From positions 4,100-68,099 of the forward strand of contig JBDKRC010000235.1 in assembly GCA_039683575.1 (NCBI GenBank): a DNA stretch of 64,000 nt, read 5' to 3'. Position numbers and translations under genes: made by a program. Source of the DNA: Armatimonadia bacterium. GTDB taxonomy: Bacteria; Armatimonadota; Zipacnadia; Zipacnadales; UBA11051. Below are positions 1 through 10,132 of the stretch, piece by piece. Within the stretch, counting starts at the first letter, position 1. Each line of letters starts with the position of its first letter. Under the pieces are notes generated by a model. The model searched no databases. It was not told where the DNA came from and saw only the letters and a list, made by a program, of their open reading frames with translations.

Positions 1-3000
1 CAGCAGATATCGTAGTCTCCATCTGTCAGCCGCTCAAGTGCGGCCAGAACGCTCTCACGATTCTCCTGTTGCACGAGGCCCTTGCTGGCGACTAGGCGCT
101 GCAGTTGCAGCCACCAGTAACGCTGGTCCGGACGTGCATCATCGCCTCCGGCCGCGTCTTCACAACAGGGCAGGAACACCTCGACGAGATGGTCTAGGCC
201 ATTCTCGAGTTGTAGCCGCGCCTCGTCCAGATAGTAGTCCGGCTGGCGGGCGAGCTTGCACTCAAAGAGCCGCGCGTTGAGCTGCAGCCGTCCGTCCTCA
301 CTCCGGAGAACCACTAACCAGAGAAGGTCGGGGCGCGTAGAGGTAAGTGAAGTGTCGAACCAATGTTGGTATGCGTCAAGGGAGATCAGCTGGTCGCAGA
401 TGGCGTCCGCTGGCGCATGTAGGAGCTTCCTAGTCAGGGCGTATGCCATAAAGTCGTGAATGTGCTGTCCGAGCCCCGTAGCTCGTACCAGCGACAGGCC
501 GGACAACTGCTGGGCTTCTCGCAGCACGCTCTCGGCCACCGTGTCGTAGGTGGCTGCGTCCCAGCCGCCGTAGAGATCCCTGATGGCCGGCTTGAGTCGG
601 CGCAGAATGTCACTCAGCCGGAACTGCTCGGTTGAGACAGTGTAGTTTGCTTCTCCGTGGGAGCCGACCCCGGATCCGAACCCGATGATCTCGCGCACGG
701 CGGCGCCGGAGGCGGCGTCCCCATCTCCCGCCCTACAGGACAGCAAGCGCTCGTCCACGCATGGGTCAATGCAGACGACCCAGTCGGCTCTCTGATGTAG
801 CCCGTCAACCACTGTCTGCCACGGCGCATAGTCTCCGCTACCCATCACCAGGTGATGGGCCTCGGGTACCGCATCGGGATGGCGCAACCGCGCCATGATC
901 TCCGTGTACTCGCTACCTAGCAGGAACTGGCGGTTACTGAGCACCCGCTCGCGACGCAGCATCTGTCCCGGGTCACGACTGGCACAGAAGGGCTTCTCTA
1001 GCACGGGGAACTTGAGCGTCCTCTTGAGCGCGTAGTACTCGGGGACCGTCTCGAACCTGCCGCCCTCGTCACCAGCGGCCATGAAGCCGTTCAGGATAAC
1101 GACGTCGACATCCAGGCTGGCAAGCAGCGGCAGGAACTGTTGCTCCCGCTCTCGTCTCTTCTGCCCATCGCTTCGCGCCGTCGCCAGCAGGCGGTGTGCC
1201 GCGGAAAGCTCGACACTCCGGTAGTGTTTCAGCGAGGCCTGGCTTTCGGCCGCTTCCCAACGGGCCCGCCACTCGCTGAGCCACGTTTTCACTTCGCCTT
1301 CGTCACCGGACTCGCTGAGGATGGTCACAGACAGGGCATAGGGTGCCCTCCCCGGATCGCGCTTGTCGCACACCTCGCGCAGGTAGCCGTCGAGTGCCGC
1401 GATGAGTGGCTGCACGTCGCGGTTCTGGTACACCGCAAGGCTCAGGCCGTCATCGGCTTGTGGGTGCAGCTCCCGGTAGTCGCTCAGGATTCGCCTGATG
1501 AGAGTTGCCTCCCGGCTCTCACGAAACAGCTCGGCATCAGGGATGTCCTCCTCCTCGAAGGCGTCATAGCGCAGCAGCAAGCGGGTCGTCAGGCTGGCCT
1601 CACCAGGCTCTACGCACCCCAGCCGGTGCACAAACCCTTCGCCGCTCACGCTCGTGTCAAGCTTGCAGTCCTGGTTCACCAGCAGGCCGCAGAGCGGCGT
1701 GTACAGGGAAGCCAGATCGAGGTAGTTGCCCCAGACGATGTTGCGGAAGGATCGTGTGCCTGGAGCCCGCAACTCCCGGGCCGCCAGCCGGGGGAAATAC
1801 ACTCGCAGGTACTGGGCCTGCGCCTGGATCATCTCCAACAGCGCTGGATGAAGCAGCGTGACAATCGCGGAGGGTTCGAAACGCTCCCAGAACCACTCGT
1901 TGTCGTCGCGTTTGCGGTCGGCGATGAGGAGGAACGCGCGGAAGAGGAGCGGCCCGAGGAAGCTATGGCGCCCGGTCTCGTCGTGCAGGTAGTAGCGGGC
2001 CGCCTCGCGGTATGCATGGCTCAGAGGCTGCCAGGCGTCCAGCAGGGCCGCGTGGAGCCCGTGGTCACGCGCGTGCATCAGGAACTGCACGTACTGGCGC
2101 CCCAGCTCCTCGATCCGCCACAGCAGAGGGTCACTGGCGGGAAGGCCCGGAGCGTCGAGGAGGTTCAGAACGCGGCTGTCAGGGCTCTCCAGGCCCTGCT
2201 GCAGCACGCGGGTCGTCTCCTCCGCGTCCTTGGCCAGCATAAGCTCTTCGTAGTATGGCACCGTGAAGACAGGCACGTGGCACACCAGCGGATCCGCCAT
2301 TGCTCCCGCCGCCCATTCCAGCATCTCGTCTGCGATGCGGTAGGGATGGATCGCCGGGAGGCGCCAGGCGAACTGCCGCTCCACCGGCTTGCCCAGTCCA
2401 TCCCCATCGATGCTGACAGAGAAAACGAGCGAAGGCTCGGCGCTTCCCGCTGGCACACACCTGACCCAATCGCCGGTCAGCGCCACCTCCAGAGCCACCC
2501 CCCGGTCATCTCCCACCAGGTTGCTTAGCTCCAGACCGTCACGCAGCCATTCCTCGACACCGCCGAGGAAGCGGGCCAGCATCTGCCCTGCGTTCCACTC
2601 CTGGTCCTTCTTGGTGTCTCCCCCCAGGTCGTGCTTGAACTCGCTTGTGCGGATGCTAAGGCTCACCAGTGCTTCATGCGGCACAAGCCCTGCGCCTGCA
2701 GCCTCAGCCTTGTAGCTCTCCAGGGTCCGCCAGAGGCCCGTCAGCAGAACGTCGAGTGGGCCCCCGCTAAGCTTGCTCACCGTGTCGCGAGTCCTGGGCT
2801 TGCGGGGGCCCTTGAACCCGAGAATCTCATCGCGGATCGCCACGTAGTCGCAGCCCAGCAGGCGACCACGCAGTTCCGCACGGTTGCTCTGCGCGTACTC
2901 CTGAACTGCCTGCACGAACTGCCGGTTGTCCGCGAAGTCGCCCTTGGCGTCGGGAGAGAACCAGTCCTGTTCCGGCTGGTTCCCTTTCTCCTGGAGAAAC

Positions 3001-3776
3001 GCGTCGATGGCTCTGAGTGCCTTGTCGCGAGGGCGTGCCTCCATGAAAGCATCGTAGGAGTAGAAACCGACTGCGTCATCGAGATATGGGCCGAAAGAGA
3101 CGTGGCTGCCGAAGCGGTAGCCTGTGAAATGTGGCAGCCTGTGCAGACCGAGCGAGCGTAGCAGTAGTCTCTCAGCGTCACGACCATCCTGGCAGGCCGC
3201 CAGGTCCATCGTCTCCAGCAGGCTGCTAACTTGCAGAATGTCTGCCAGTCCCCGATCTACCAAAGGCTTGAGTACCTCGTCGAAACGCTGGTACGTGTCC
3301 GTCTCGTAGGCGATATGCGCGCCGGTCAGAACCTCCCGCACCCAGGGCGTGAAGCTGCCCTCCATTTCCTGCCCCCACACCACCTCCGGGCCGCAGTGGT
3401 GAAAGTCTGCGAGGCCGCTGCGGTCGGTTATCAGGTCCACCCCCACCAGGACGGTCAAGGGACCTAGTCCGTTGCGGACCGCCGTCAGGCTGCCCTGGTA
3501 CTCACACCATTCATCTCGCTCCTCGATCCGCGCCGCTGCGCTTCGCTCGGCTTCTCGAACCGGCTGCCCCCACTGCTTCCGCAGCTCTCTGGCTATCTTG
3601 AACAACGGCCGTGGGAGCCCTGGGCCTGCCAGCCACTCGTCCTCCAGCAGCCGGCCGACTTCCAGTGTGGCCTCGGCGGGCAACGCCGGAATGACCACCA
3701 GGACAGCGTCATCCGTTGCCTGTCCGGCGGCCTGATCGCGGATGTAGCGGCATACCGAACGCGCGAAGAGCTTCAT
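1..3776 (-). CDS. Large uncharacterised protein, partial (at least 1258 aa; 3' end beyond window start). Last gene of the defence operon.
   Basis: Minus-strand frame with ATG at 3776-3774 overlaps the TGA stop (3775-3773) of the upstream gene. The track lists no stop-bounded minus ORF in this frame between 1 and 3776. Hand translation of the segments checked (3776-3701, 1199-1131) gives an uninterrupted sensible protein (MKLFARSVCRYIRDQAAGQATDDAV...). The 462-aa plus-strand ORF at 1140-2528 is its antisense shadow. No family recognised. Confidence 0.6.
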   Translation of the reverse strand, partial: MKLFARSVCRYIRDQAAGQATDDAVLVVIPALPAEATLEVGRLLEDEWLAGPGLPRPLFKIARELRKQWGQPVREAERSAAARIEERDEWCEYQGSLTAVRNGLGPLTVLVGVDLITDRSGLADFHHCGPEVVWGQEMEGSFTPWVREVLTGAHIAYETDTYQRFDEVLKPLVDRGLADILQVSSLLETMDLAACQDGRDAERLLLRSLGLHRLPHFTGYRFGSHVSFGPYLDDAVGFYSYDAFMEARPRDKALRAIDAFLQEKGNQPEQDWFSPDAKGDFADNRQFVQAVQEYAQSNRAELRGRLLGCDYVAIRDEILGFKGPRKPRTRDTVSKLSGGPLDVLLTGLWRTLESYKAEAAGAGLVPHEALVSLSIRTSEFKHDLGGDTKKDQEWNAGQMLARFLGGVEEWLRDGLELSNLVGDDRGVALEVALTGDWVRCVPAGSAEPSLVFSVSIDGDGLGKPVERQFAWRLPAIHPYRIADEMLEWAAGAMADPLVCHVPVFTVPYYEELMLAKDAEETTRVLQQGLESPDSRVLNLLDAPGLPASDPLLWRIEELGRQYVQFLMHARDHGLHAALLDAWQPLSHAYREAARYYLHDETGRHSFLGPLLFRAFLLIADRKRDDNEWFWERFEPSAIVTLLHPALLEMIQAQAQYLRVYFPRLAARELRAPGTRSFRNIVWGNYLDLASLYTPLCGLLVNQDCKLDTSVSGEGFVHRLGCVEPGEASLTTRLLLRYDAFEEEDIPDAELFRESREATLIRRILSDYRELHPQADDGLSLAVYQNRDVQPLIAALDGYLREVCDKRDPGRAPYALSVTILSESGDEGEVKTWLSEWRARWEAAESQASLKHYRSVELSAAHRLLATARSDGQKRREREQQFLPLLASLDVDVVILNGFMAAGDEGGRFETVPEYYALKRTLKFPVLEKPFCASRDPGQMLRRERVLSNRQFLLGSEYTEIMARLRHPDAVPEAHHLVMGSGDYAPWQTVVDGLHQRADWVVCIDPCVDERLLSCRAGDGDAASGAAVREIIGFGSGVGSHGEANYTVSTEQFRLSDILRRLKPAIRDLYGGWDAATYDTVAESVLREAQQLSGLSLVRATGLGQHIHDFMAYALTRKLLHAPADAICDQLISLDAYQHWFDTSLTSTRPDLLWLVVLRSEDGRLQLNARLFECKLARQPDYYLDEARLQLENGLDHLVEVFLPCCEDAAGGDDARPDQRYWWLQLQRLVASKGLVQQENRESVLAALERLTDGDYDIC

Positions 3777-5458
3777 GCTTGCCTCTCAGCTTCCACAAAA
3801 GGGTTCTGGACCAAGGAGTCGGCGTCAGACAGCCGCACGAGGAAGCCTGCCGCCTCCAGCATGCTCATGAACCAGGCCTCGGCCTCCCCGCCGAGGGTCA
3901 GCAGACAGGTTCTGCCACACCAGGCACTGGACGCACCCAACCGCCGGTCATCGACCGCGAGACCGTAGTGAGCGAACATCAGGTCCTTGAAACCCTCGTA
4001 GGTCACGCGCTTCCCGGGTGGCAGCAGTGACAGGACTAGGTAGCGCAGCAGATGCTCGTTGAGAACGAACCGGGCGCCAGGGCCCTGGCGGGGCACGATC
4101 AGCCCCAATCGCTTGGCCACCGATAGGAAGAGCTTGTGCCCATAGCGCGTGTCTGCCTCCGGGTACAGATCGTTGGCCTGCTTACCGTTTGCTTCGACGG
4201 CATACTTCCGTCTGGCCACGGCCTCCTCGATCTCGGGATGGCGCAGCGCCTCCCGGATGAGGCGCTGTAGCCGGCTGACACAGCGCTGCGAGATGCGTTT
4301 GGCGGGCGTGGAGTCGCCGCTCGCGTCGGAGAGCGCCCACACGAACCCCAGTGGTCCAGCATACTCCCGCACCTCCGCGGCCCACTCGACATAGCGGGCG
4401 CTCTGAGCGCACAGGCTGCGCAGGAGTTGGAGGGCGCAGGCTGTCTGCATCAACTCGAGCCGCTCGATAGGGTCGACGGCCGCTGCGCAGACGTGCACCA
4501 GTTCCAGTGCAAACAGCCACCCCTCGGGCCAGCCCTCGCTCGGGCACCAGCCGCAGTCGCTGAAACGGGGCTGCCCCCCGTCGTCACAATCGGTCTGCTG
4601 CGATGTCTCCGGCTCAATAACCTGATCAATGAAGCGTGCCAGTGCTCCAACACCCTCCGGACACTGACCGGTCAGTACCCGCCGCAGGCCTACCTCCAGG
4701 GCATCGCGCACTCGCTCAGGCGAGCGTTCGTCTTCGCCGAACCCGATGTCCGCTTCTTCACACCAGCCGCGGATCTGTTCAGGGCTCTGGCGCAGCGCGT
4801 TGCAGAGCTGCAGGTACAGCACCTCGCCACCGCGCGCCACGAAGCGATGCCGTCCGACTGTGAAGAACTGGGGCATCTTCTCCGCCACTTCCGCCCACGT
4901 CGTCACCCCCCTGCGCCGAGCCTCTGTCTCGTTCCATATGGTGTCACCGGCAAGTACTTCGGGGCAGATCGGCGTGAACGCCTGAGCACACCACGTCCGC
5001 CGCCCTCCTATAGCCTGGAACCCAAGGAAGAGGTTCTCCAGCGTCTGGACTACCTCGCGCGGTGAAACGCCCTCGGGCGGCCTCAGTCTCTCTGGACTCT
5101 GTAGCTCAGCCAGCAAGCTGATGTAATGCTCTCTGTGGCTGCTGTGGCGGCTCGCAAGCTTCGATGCCCCCATAAACGCGAACAGCTTCAGGTTGAGACG
5201 CGCTCGCGGGCTGTATCGCAACGGCTGGCCCTCGGGCCAATCGCATAGACTGTCCAACCCCGGTATTGTCCTGTCGACTGGCAGAGAGGTGTTTCCGATC
5301 CGCTTTGGTGAGGCGGCAACCAGCAGCAGCTCGATCAGCAGCTCCGGAACCGTCTGGTCCGCGAAAAAGCGCCGCCCGAACAACTGAACGGCGGGGTTGG
5401 CGTCCTGGCCCTCAGCCGACAGTATGTCGAGTGGGATGCTCGGGAAGGGCGTAGGCAT
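3773..5458 (-). CDS. Uncharacterised protein (about 561 aa), translationally coupled to the upstream kinase gene.
   Basis: ATG at 5458-5456 shares one nucleotide with the TGA stop of the 1553-aa gene (TGATG). The protein reads MPTPFPSIPLDILSAEGQ... The track ORF 3773-5614 extends N-terminally into the upstream gene. No recognisable motif. Confidence 0.6.
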   Translation of the reverse strand: MPTPFPSIPLDILSAEGQDANPAVQLFGRRFFADQTVPELLIELLLVAASPKRIGNTSLPVDRTIPGLDSLCDWPEGQPLRYSPRARLNLKLFAFMGASKLASRHSSHREHYISLLAELQSPERLRPPEGVSPREVVQTLENLFLGFQAIGGRRTWCAQAFTPICPEVLAGDTIWNETEARRRGVTTWAEVAEKMPQFFTVGRHRFVARGGEVLYLQLCNALRQSPEQIRGWCEEADIGFGEDERSPERVRDALEVGLRRVLTGQCPEGVGALARFIDQVIEPETSQQTDCDDGGQPRFSDCGWCPSEGWPEGWLFALELVHVCAAAVDPIERLELMQTACALQLLRSLCAQSARYVEWAAEVREYAGPLGFVWALSDASGDSTPAKRISQRCVSRLQRLIREALRHPEIEEAVARRKYAVEANGKQANDLYPEADTRYGHKLFLSVAKRLGLIVPRQGPGARFVLNEHLLRYLVLSLLPPGKRVTYEGFKDLMFAHYGLAVDDRRLGASSAWCGRTCLLTLGGEAEAWFMSMLEAAGFLVRLSDADSLVQNPFVEAERQA

Positions 5459-8400
5459 CAGTCGACCTCCAGACGATGCTCGCTGACTGTGAACCGTTGC
5501 TGGTGGAACATACGGTTGGTCCGCAGCCGCACCAGGATCAGGTCTGGGCCGGTCTCGGGTGGGTAGGCATGCAAGAGCTGACCCTTGAAGCGCTCCAGAC
5601 GGTCGGCGTAGCACGCCTGTAGCTGCCGACTGATCTCACCTCGCTGGCGTGCCATAACGTAGTCGAGGAAAGACAGGTTCAACACCAAACACACCGGCTC
5701 AAGCCCGTGCTCACTAGTGAGTTCCAGCTCTCGCCTCTTGGCGCCACTCCCTCCGTCCACCGTCTGCAACGACAGGTCGAAGTCACTCGTGGGCACCGAG
5801 GTCAGGACAATCTGGGCGCTTTGGCGCACCTGAGACGAGCGACGGCTCAAGGTCATATGCAGTCTCTCATCAGGCAGAGGCCCCTCGGGCAGGCGTACAC
5901 CGGTAAGGTGCTCTTGCAGCACCTGGAATAGCCGTGTCTGCAGGAGCTTGCGCTCACGGTAGTCCAGTTGGGTCGCCTGCTGCCATGCGGCATGCCGGAT
6001 GATCATGGGCGAATCGAGGTATGCCGTGAGGTAGCGCTCGCTTTCATCTTCGTCAAAGGCGTAGAGGAAGAACAGGACCCGGCGAGCCTGCTCGCGAGCA
6101 ACCGCCTGCGCCTCCTCCTCCGTGATCCCCCTACCGGCGCCCGCGTCGCATAGCTGTTGGAAGACATCCTGCAGTCCCTCGATCACCAAGGGGGTATTGC
6201 GTGTCTCTATCGACTGCCACAGGCGGCGTTCCCACGCCGCACAGAGCCGACGGCCGAACCCTTGAGCCCGCGCCAGGCGCACGGCCTGCAGCTGCAGGGC
6301 CGGGAGATCGATGTTCCTTCCGTCGTCGCCGAAAAACCTGTTGAAGAACATATATTCCGGTCCCGGCGAGGAGGCCGATCTGGCGACCATCGAGGCCGCC
6401 TGCGCACAACTGAGCCCGGAGGTCAGCATATATGCCAGGTGAGCCGACGCCTGCCGGAGGGTGAGACGCGCGCCGTACTCATACATACGGCGGTATGCCA
6501 GCAGAAGACGCTGGGTTACGAGACCGGGATGCTGCTGCAACAGTGCGGCATTCTGACGGATGGGGCATCCGCTTCGGCATGCCTTCCCCTCGCAGTCATC
6601 CCAGTTCGCGGGCTCCAGGAGACGGCGGAACAGCCTCTCCACCAGCGGGAGGTTGTCCATCTTGGAAAGGTTGATGATCTGTAGCGGGACCCCGTGGAAG
6701 TGCAGTGGCCTTGGTCCCGCCTGCTCCAGCGCGGTCAGAAGTGCGCTCTCGGTCTCCCGCCAGTCCGCCTTCAGCGCCTGCTCGTGCTGCCGGAAGGTCT
6801 CCAGCAAGGTACCGCTGTTCGAGACCAGCAGGAAGCGAGGCCCCCCCGCGGCCAGCATCTCCGCCAGCAACTCCGCACGCTCTTCCCCGTCCCACTCGCT
6901 TAGGTCCTTTACGAGCGACGTGTCCAATGCTTCGACTTGGCTGTCTTCCCTGCGTTCTAGGGGCGCCTGCAGCGGGCGATGGAGGTGCTGGTTGCGGAAC
7001 CGCTTCAGGCATTGCAGCAGGATGATGGACTTGCCGTCTCCAGCGTGGCCCGTTAGGACCACATGTGTCCGTGTTTCTCCTAGCAGAAGCTCGTTGATGA
7101 CATCCGCCAGAGGGTGGGCAACCTGTACCGATCCGAACAACGGGTTGGTCGCCTGCGACTCGGCCAGAGAGTTCTTGCTGCCACCCCGGCGACAGTGCAG
7201 GCTGTTGAGGTAGGCAACGAAGGCGTTGCCCTCAGGCTGCTCCTGTTCGAGCTGCGGGCCGGAGAACGGTGCAATCTGCTCGGGTTGATCACCGCGGGCT
7301 ATTTCAGTCGGGGCTTCCCGGTCTGTGCGGGTTGGTTGCACGTCTCGTATGGGGGTGAGAGCCGCTTCCTCGCGTTCGGGCACTCCAAGGGGCGCCAGAT
7401 CGGCCGCGGGTGTCTCAGCGCTCGCTTCGACCTGCTCTGCTTCGACCTGCGGAAGCGCTCGTTGCAGCGCCCGCAGCATCTCGGCGGCAGTGCCGAAACG
7501 CTTGTTGGCTTCTGTGGCTACAGCCTGGGCGAACCATAGCTCAAGCTCCGGGCCGAGGGCGCGTCGCTCCGGCGGCAGCGGCGCCGGCTGCACGCCAACC
7601 TGCAGCTGCGTGTACGGCGTCCGCCCACAGTACCACTCGAAAAGGGTCACTCCGAGAGCAAACAGATCTCCCTGTTCGCAGTAGTCGCGATCTTGCCCCG
7701 ACCGCAAGTCCGGCGGCACGTAGCCCTCAGTGCCCTGGTATGGCGCAATCTTCGGGAAGCTGGCGCATCCAAAGTCCACGATGACTGGCAGCCGGCTGTC
7801 GGTAAGCAGGATGTTCTCAGGCTTGATGTCGTTGTGCAGGATGGGCTCAGCACCGTCGTCGCCCCGGTGGCCATGCAGGGCCGCCAGCGCTTCCAGGAGC
7901 TGTGTTGCCCAGGCTGCGAACTGATCAAGGTCAGGCAGTAACCCGGCGCTGATCTCGTTCCGCAGACTCCGCTCGGAAAGCCGCTGGAAGGCGATGTAGA
8001 AGCGTCCGTCCCCTTCCCAGGTGCTGTGATTCTCCACCCGGACGATCCCGGGGTGGTGCACGGCTCCGGCAAACTGCTGCTCCTCGAGCCCGTGCCACTG
8101 CGGCACATCTCGGCCAAACAGCTTCACGACCACCAGTCGGCCTCTTGGGCCGACAGCCCGGTACAGTTGCGCCTCTACCCCCTGCTTGATGAGACACTCG
8201 ATCTCGTAGAGGTCATTGCGGGTGCCTGGCTCCAGGACCGGGTTCAGCACGGGAAGCCGCGGTGGGGTATCGTCGCCAGCCAGGCGCGCAAGCACTGCCG
8301 CTGCCGTAGCAAGACGCTGGGAGGGTTCTTGACGGACCAAGTCCGAGACCAACGCGCGCGCCCGTGCGGACACTCCCACCAGGGCCTCCGCTTCAACCTC

Positions 8401-10119
8401 GGCCAAGCCCCCGCCGGTCTTCTCCAGGTCCGTCGAGCAGGCAAACGGCGGCCTGCCCGTAAGCAGCTCGAAGAGAACCACCCCGAGACTGAACAGGTCG
8501 GCCGCCTCAGTGAGGTCCCCTCCGTAGTAGACCTCGGGGGCGATGTAGGGTGATCTGGGCAGTCTCTCGGCGTCCAGAATCACCGTCTGATGCTCCTCCT
8601 CCAGACGATAGGAAAGGTCGAAGTTGGTCAGCTTCGGCACCCCGCCAGCCATCACGACGTTCTCGGGGGAGAGAGCACGATGGATCACGTCTCGCTCGTG
8701 ACTTGCCTGCAGACCCTGAAGCACTCCCTCTGCCACTGTGAGAGCGTCTTGTTCCTGCAGCGGTTCGCGATCCTGAAGCCGGTCTCTAAGCGTTCCACTC
8801 TCCGACCAGTCACTGCCCTCAACCAGGTAGCCCATCTCGCTGGGAATGCGCCAGACCTTGAGAATGTTCGGATGATCCCCGATGGCCAGCACAGATTCGA
8901 GCGCCCCTTGGGCTCGTCTCCAGAGCTCCTCTCTCTCCTCCCCCGAGCCGGGCGGAGGCGGGAAGAACACGCGAAGGCGGCTCAGTCTGCGGCGCCCAGC
9001 GCCGGTTGGCCGGGCAATCACCTCGGCGCGGTCCTCACTCTGGTACAGCCGCTCCACCACCTCATACCCGGGGAACGCGTAGTCGCGGGGCGGGTTGGGG
9101 GTGGTGAGTTCCTCCAGGTAGTCACAGAAGGCCTTGACCTGCGCTTCCTGCAGAATGGTTCCCTTGCGTTCGCGTTGCCGCTTGAGGTAGGCGATCAGTG
9201 ACTTAGTGCCATCGAAGGTAGGATTGCTGGTAGTCGTGTCCGGGTCTGCAGCCCCGTTCACGGTGGCTTCAGGGTTCGTCAGCACTACGACCGACTCCAC
9301 GAATACTTCGGGGAATATGGCGAAACCACGGTCGTACATCCCACGAAGCAGCTTGGCCTTGTGCGAGTTGCCAAGGTGCGGATCGGGACGACACGAGGAA
9401 CGGTTCAGCAGCCAGGAGTAGGGACGAATGTCGATCTGCCCGCTCCAATGCTTCAGTTCCACCACGTAGATACCGAACGGGCACACCAGGATCAGATCAG
9501 TCTCAAAATAGCGATTGGACTGGCGGTCGTGGATCTGACGGTTTGCCAGGGCATAGCCAAGTTCCTGGGTAGTCAGGCGCTTGCAGATGTCCTCGATCGC
9601 CGCGGCCTCGTGGGGGAATGCCCCGGGTGATGTCCCAGTCACTATGGTGCCCGCGGGGCCGCCAGCCGCATTGCTCCCCTCCCTGACAGTCGTCAGGCGG
9701 CTGATGATCTCATAATCGACCCGTTGGCGGGTTGCCTCCACTTGAAGAAAATCGAATACTTCGCCGTCCAGTTGAGCGTGGCTTACGAGCTCGCTGAGAG
9801 CTGCCGGCGAGCCAACGGAGGTGGTGCGAGCCAACTCAGCTTCCTTGCCATCACACGGCACAAGTTCCCAAAAGCTGGAGCTGCGGAGGTGGAAGAACGG
9901 TGCCAGCGGCCGGTCTCGATCATTGGGCCCGGCATACGTGGCGAATACCTCGGTGAAGCACTCCCGGAACTCTGCGTTGAAGAACACGCATCCGTCCCGG
10001 ACGCGCCCCCTCCGGATGAGCTCAATCACGGCCAGCATAGCTAAGTACTTGTGCGGCTTGAACATAGGGCCAGGCTGCCCCAGATCCCTGAGCTCGCTGA
10101 TGAAGTCGTCGATGGACAT
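5458..10119 (-). CDS. PglW-like multidomain protein: N-terminal uncharacterised domain, NERD nuclease-related domain, pseudokinase, Ser/Thr protein kinase, P-loop NTPase (1553 aa).
   Basis: NERD-like block LILVCPFGIYVVELKHWSGQIDIRPYSWLL. Kinase-like domain 1 lacks the catalytic Asp (VIHRALSPENVV, NFD instead of DFG, but APE present: SPYIAPEVYYG). Kinase domain 2 has VVVKLF (beta-3 Lys), HNDIKPENILL and DFGCA. Walker A is VVLTGHAGDGKSIILL. 14-bp gap to the upstream cysteine desulfurase. Confidence 0.8.
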   Translation of the reverse strand: MSIDDFISELRDLGQPGPMFKPHKYLAMLAVIELIRRGRVRDGCVFFNAEFRECFTEVFATYAGPNDRDRPLAPFFHLRSSSFWELVPCDGKEAELARTTSVGSPAALSELVSHAQLDGEVFDFLQVEATRQRVDYEIISRLTTVREGSNAAGGPAGTIVTGTSPGAFPHEAAAIEDICKRLTTQELGYALANRQIHDRQSNRYFETDLILVCPFGIYVVELKHWSGQIDIRPYSWLLNRSSCRPDPHLGNSHKAKLLRGMYDRGFAIFPEVFVESVVVLTNPEATVNGAADPDTTTSNPTFDGTKSLIAYLKRQRERKGTILQEAQVKAFCDYLEELTTPNPPRDYAFPGYEVVERLYQSEDRAEVIARPTGAGRRRLSRLRVFFPPPPGSGEEREELWRRAQGALESVLAIGDHPNILKVWRIPSEMGYLVEGSDWSESGTLRDRLQDREPLQEQDALTVAEGVLQGLQASHERDVIHRALSPENVVMAGGVPKLTNFDLSYRLEEEHQTVILDAERLPRSPYIAPEVYYGGDLTEAADLFSLGVVLFELLTGRPPFACSTDLEKTGGGLAEVEAEALVGVSARARALVSDLVRQEPSQRLATAAAVLARLAGDDTPPRLPVLNPVLEPGTRNDLYEIECLIKQGVEAQLYRAVGPRGRLVVVKLFGRDVPQWHGLEEQQFAGAVHHPGIVRVENHSTWEGDGRFYIAFQRLSERSLRNEISAGLLPDLDQFAAWATQLLEALAALHGHRGDDGAEPILHNDIKPENILLTDSRLPVIVDFGCASFPKIAPYQGTEGYVPPDLRSGQDRDYCEQGDLFALGVTLFEWYCGRTPYTQLQVGVQPAPLPPERRALGPELELWFAQAVATEANKRFGTAAEMLRALQRALPQVEAEQVEASAETPAADLAPLGVPEREEAALTPIRDVQPTRTDREAPTEIARGDQPEQIAPFSGPQLEQEQPEGNAFVAYLNSLHCRRGGSKNSLAESQATNPLFGSVQVAHPLADVINELLLGETRTHVVLTGHAGDGKSIILLQCLKRFRNQHLHRPLQAPLERREDSQVEALDTSLVKDLSEWDGEERAELLAEMLAAGGPRFLLVSNSGTLLETFRQHEQALKADWRETESALLTALEQAGPRPLHFHGVPLQIINLSKMDNLPLVERLFRRLLEPANWDDCEGKACRSGCPIRQNAALLQQHPGLVTQRLLLAYRRMYEYGARLTLRQASAHLAYMLTSGLSCAQAASMVARSASSPGPEYMFFNRFFGDDGRNIDLPALQLQAVRLARAQGFGRRLCAAWERRLWQSIETRNTPLVIEGLQDVFQQLCDAGAGRGITEEEAQAVAREQARRVLFFLYAFDEDESERYLTAYLDSPMIIRHAAWQQATQLDYRERKLLQTRLFQVLQEHLTGVRLPEGPLPDERLHMTLSRRSSQVRQSAQIVLTSVPTSDFDLSLQTVDGGSGAKRRELELTSEHGLEPVCLVLNLSFLDYVMARQRGEISRQLQACYADRLERFKGQLLHAYPPETGPDLILVRLRTNRMFHQQRFTVSEHRLEVD

Positions 10120-10132
10120 ACCGAATGGCTCC

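Noticed and set aside
1140-2528. 462-aa plus-strand ORF, and the smaller plus-strand ORFs at 2631-3735
   Set aside because: Arg/Pro/Gly-rich composition typical of an antisense frame in high-GC DNA. The opposite strand carries an uninterrupted frame of at least 1258 codons that is start-coupled (ATGA) to the upstream gene.
5486-5510. N-terminal motif KPHKYLAMLAVIEL of the kinase protein as a sulfur-binding (SBD) or other known reader domain
   Set aside because: Only a vague recollection of similar motifs in restriction-associated proteins. I cannot support a specific family without a profile search, so it is left as an uncharacterised domain.
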